The translations under genes were made by a program, and so were the position numbers. A stretch of 64,000 bases of DNA from an uncultured Acidimicrobiia bacterium (GTDB lineage Bacteria; Acidobacteriota; Terriglobia; Versatilivoradales; Versatilivoraceae): positions 288,001 through 352,000 of the forward strand of contig CAWBAT010000006.1 of assembly GCA_963786955.1 (NCBI GenBank). Direction: 5' to 3'. Below, in pieces: positions 63,114 to 64,000 of this stretch (the first letter of the stretch is position 1; each line of letters opens with the position of its first letter). Under the pieces are notes generated by a model. It had not been told where the DNA came from and did no database searches. It worked only from the letters and a program-made list of their open reading frames with translations.

Positions 63114-64000
63114 ATGAAAAAGCTGCTCATCATCGCCATCGTCCTTTGTGCCGCTGCCGGAATATTCTCCATGCCAGAGGAGAAGAACACGGGGTTCAAC
63201 GGGCTCGACTTGAATTTGGGAAATTTGTCGCGGCTTTCCCGGGCAAGGACTCGTTCCATTAGCCCGGAGAATTTTAGCGGAGAAAAAGGGATGGCTGGGA
63301 TGGCCACCGAAGGGACTGGCGCTCAGGCAGCGCGTGATCTCGGCCGAGGTTGGAAAATCTCTCCCTCTATCGAAATTCAACCTAAGCAAAACTATATTTT
63401 GGCTGACGTTCAGGGACCCGGAGCGATCCAGCATATCTGGATGACGCCCTCAGGTCATTGGCGCCATTTGATCCTTCGCATTTATTGGGACGGGGAGAGC
63501 AGCCCTTCAGTCGAGGCTCCGGTGGGAGATTTCTTTGCATGCGGTCTCGGGCAATATGCCCAGATTTCTTCCCTGCCGATTTGCGTCAATCCTGGGAGCG
63601 GCTTAAATTCTTATTGGCAGATGCCTTTCCGCAAATCTTGCAAAATTGCTTTTGAAAACATAAGCGGAGAAAAGATGACGCTCTACTATCAAATTGATTA
63701 TACCCTTACCGATGTGCCCGACGACGCGGCGTACTTTCATGCTCAATTTCGCCGCTCCAATCCCGTACCGGACAAGTCCGATCATGTCATTTTGGATGGG
63801 GTTAAGGGTTGGGGACAGTATGTGGGCACATCCATGATTTGGGGAAGCCACAACAACGGCTGGTGGGGTGAGGGAGAGATTAAATTTTTCCTGGATGATG
63901 ATTCTCAGTTCCCTACGATTTGCGGAACTGGAACGGAGGACTATTTTTGCGGCTCTTATGGGTTTGAGATCCCTGGAACGAATCGCTATCAGGAATTCAC
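63114..64000 (+). CDS. DUF2961 / GH172 family protein, runs off the window end
   Basis: RBS AGGAGG; signal peptide; RSISPENFSGEKG, GAIQHIWMT, WWGEGEIKFF, GTGTEDYF. Confidence 0.9.
   Translation, partial: MKKLLIIAIVLCAAAGIFSMPEEKNTGFNGLDLNLGNLSRLSRARTRSISPENFSGEKGMAGMATEGTGAQAARDLGRGWKISPSIEIQPKQNYILADVQGPGAIQHIWMTPSGHWRHLILRIYWDGESSPSVEAPVGDFFACGLGQYAQISSLPICVNPGSGLNSYWQMPFRKSCKIAFENISGEKMTLYYQIDYTLTDVPDDAAYFHAQFRRSNPVPDKSDHVILDGVKGWGQYVGTSMIWGSHNNGWWGEGEIKFFLDDDSQFPTICGTGTEDYFCGSYGFEIPGTNRYQEF

Overview
Bacterial chromosomal window, most likely from an Acidobacteriota-like organism (inferred from gene content). It comes from an uncorrected long-read assembly: many genes are split by single-base indels, so I merged fragments where the protein clearly continues. 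Left to right: carbohydrate-active genes (1-5.9 kb); an arsenic locus (arsS, CMD-like, aquaporin, acr3, arsC, arsR; 7-12.3 kb); a Cys-rich leader ORF and a TonB-dependent receptor (12.5-15.5 kb); an accessory island (15.5-25.3 kb); a MacA/MacB/TolC-type exporter operon; and a large hopanoid cluster (30-63 kb). The island holds MITE/REP repeats, integron attC remnants, hicB with a deleted hicA, a duplicated receptor 3' end, and a three-gene candidate defence module (GHKL ATPase, wHTH protein, RNAP alpha-CTD/sigma-4 fusion) lying between hsdM-like and hsdR remnants. The hopanoid cluster (hpnJ, hpnI x2, hpnG, hpnA, hpnH, shc, hpnK-like x2, hpnCDE, ispH, plus asnB, ArnT, GT2, EamA, copCD) is interrupted by a 5.4-kb catabolic cassette bounded by an exact 64-bp repeat of the copD 3' end. 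No rRNA, tRNA, CRISPR array, integrase or transposase was seen. The best candidate for an undescribed system is the module at 19147-23606.
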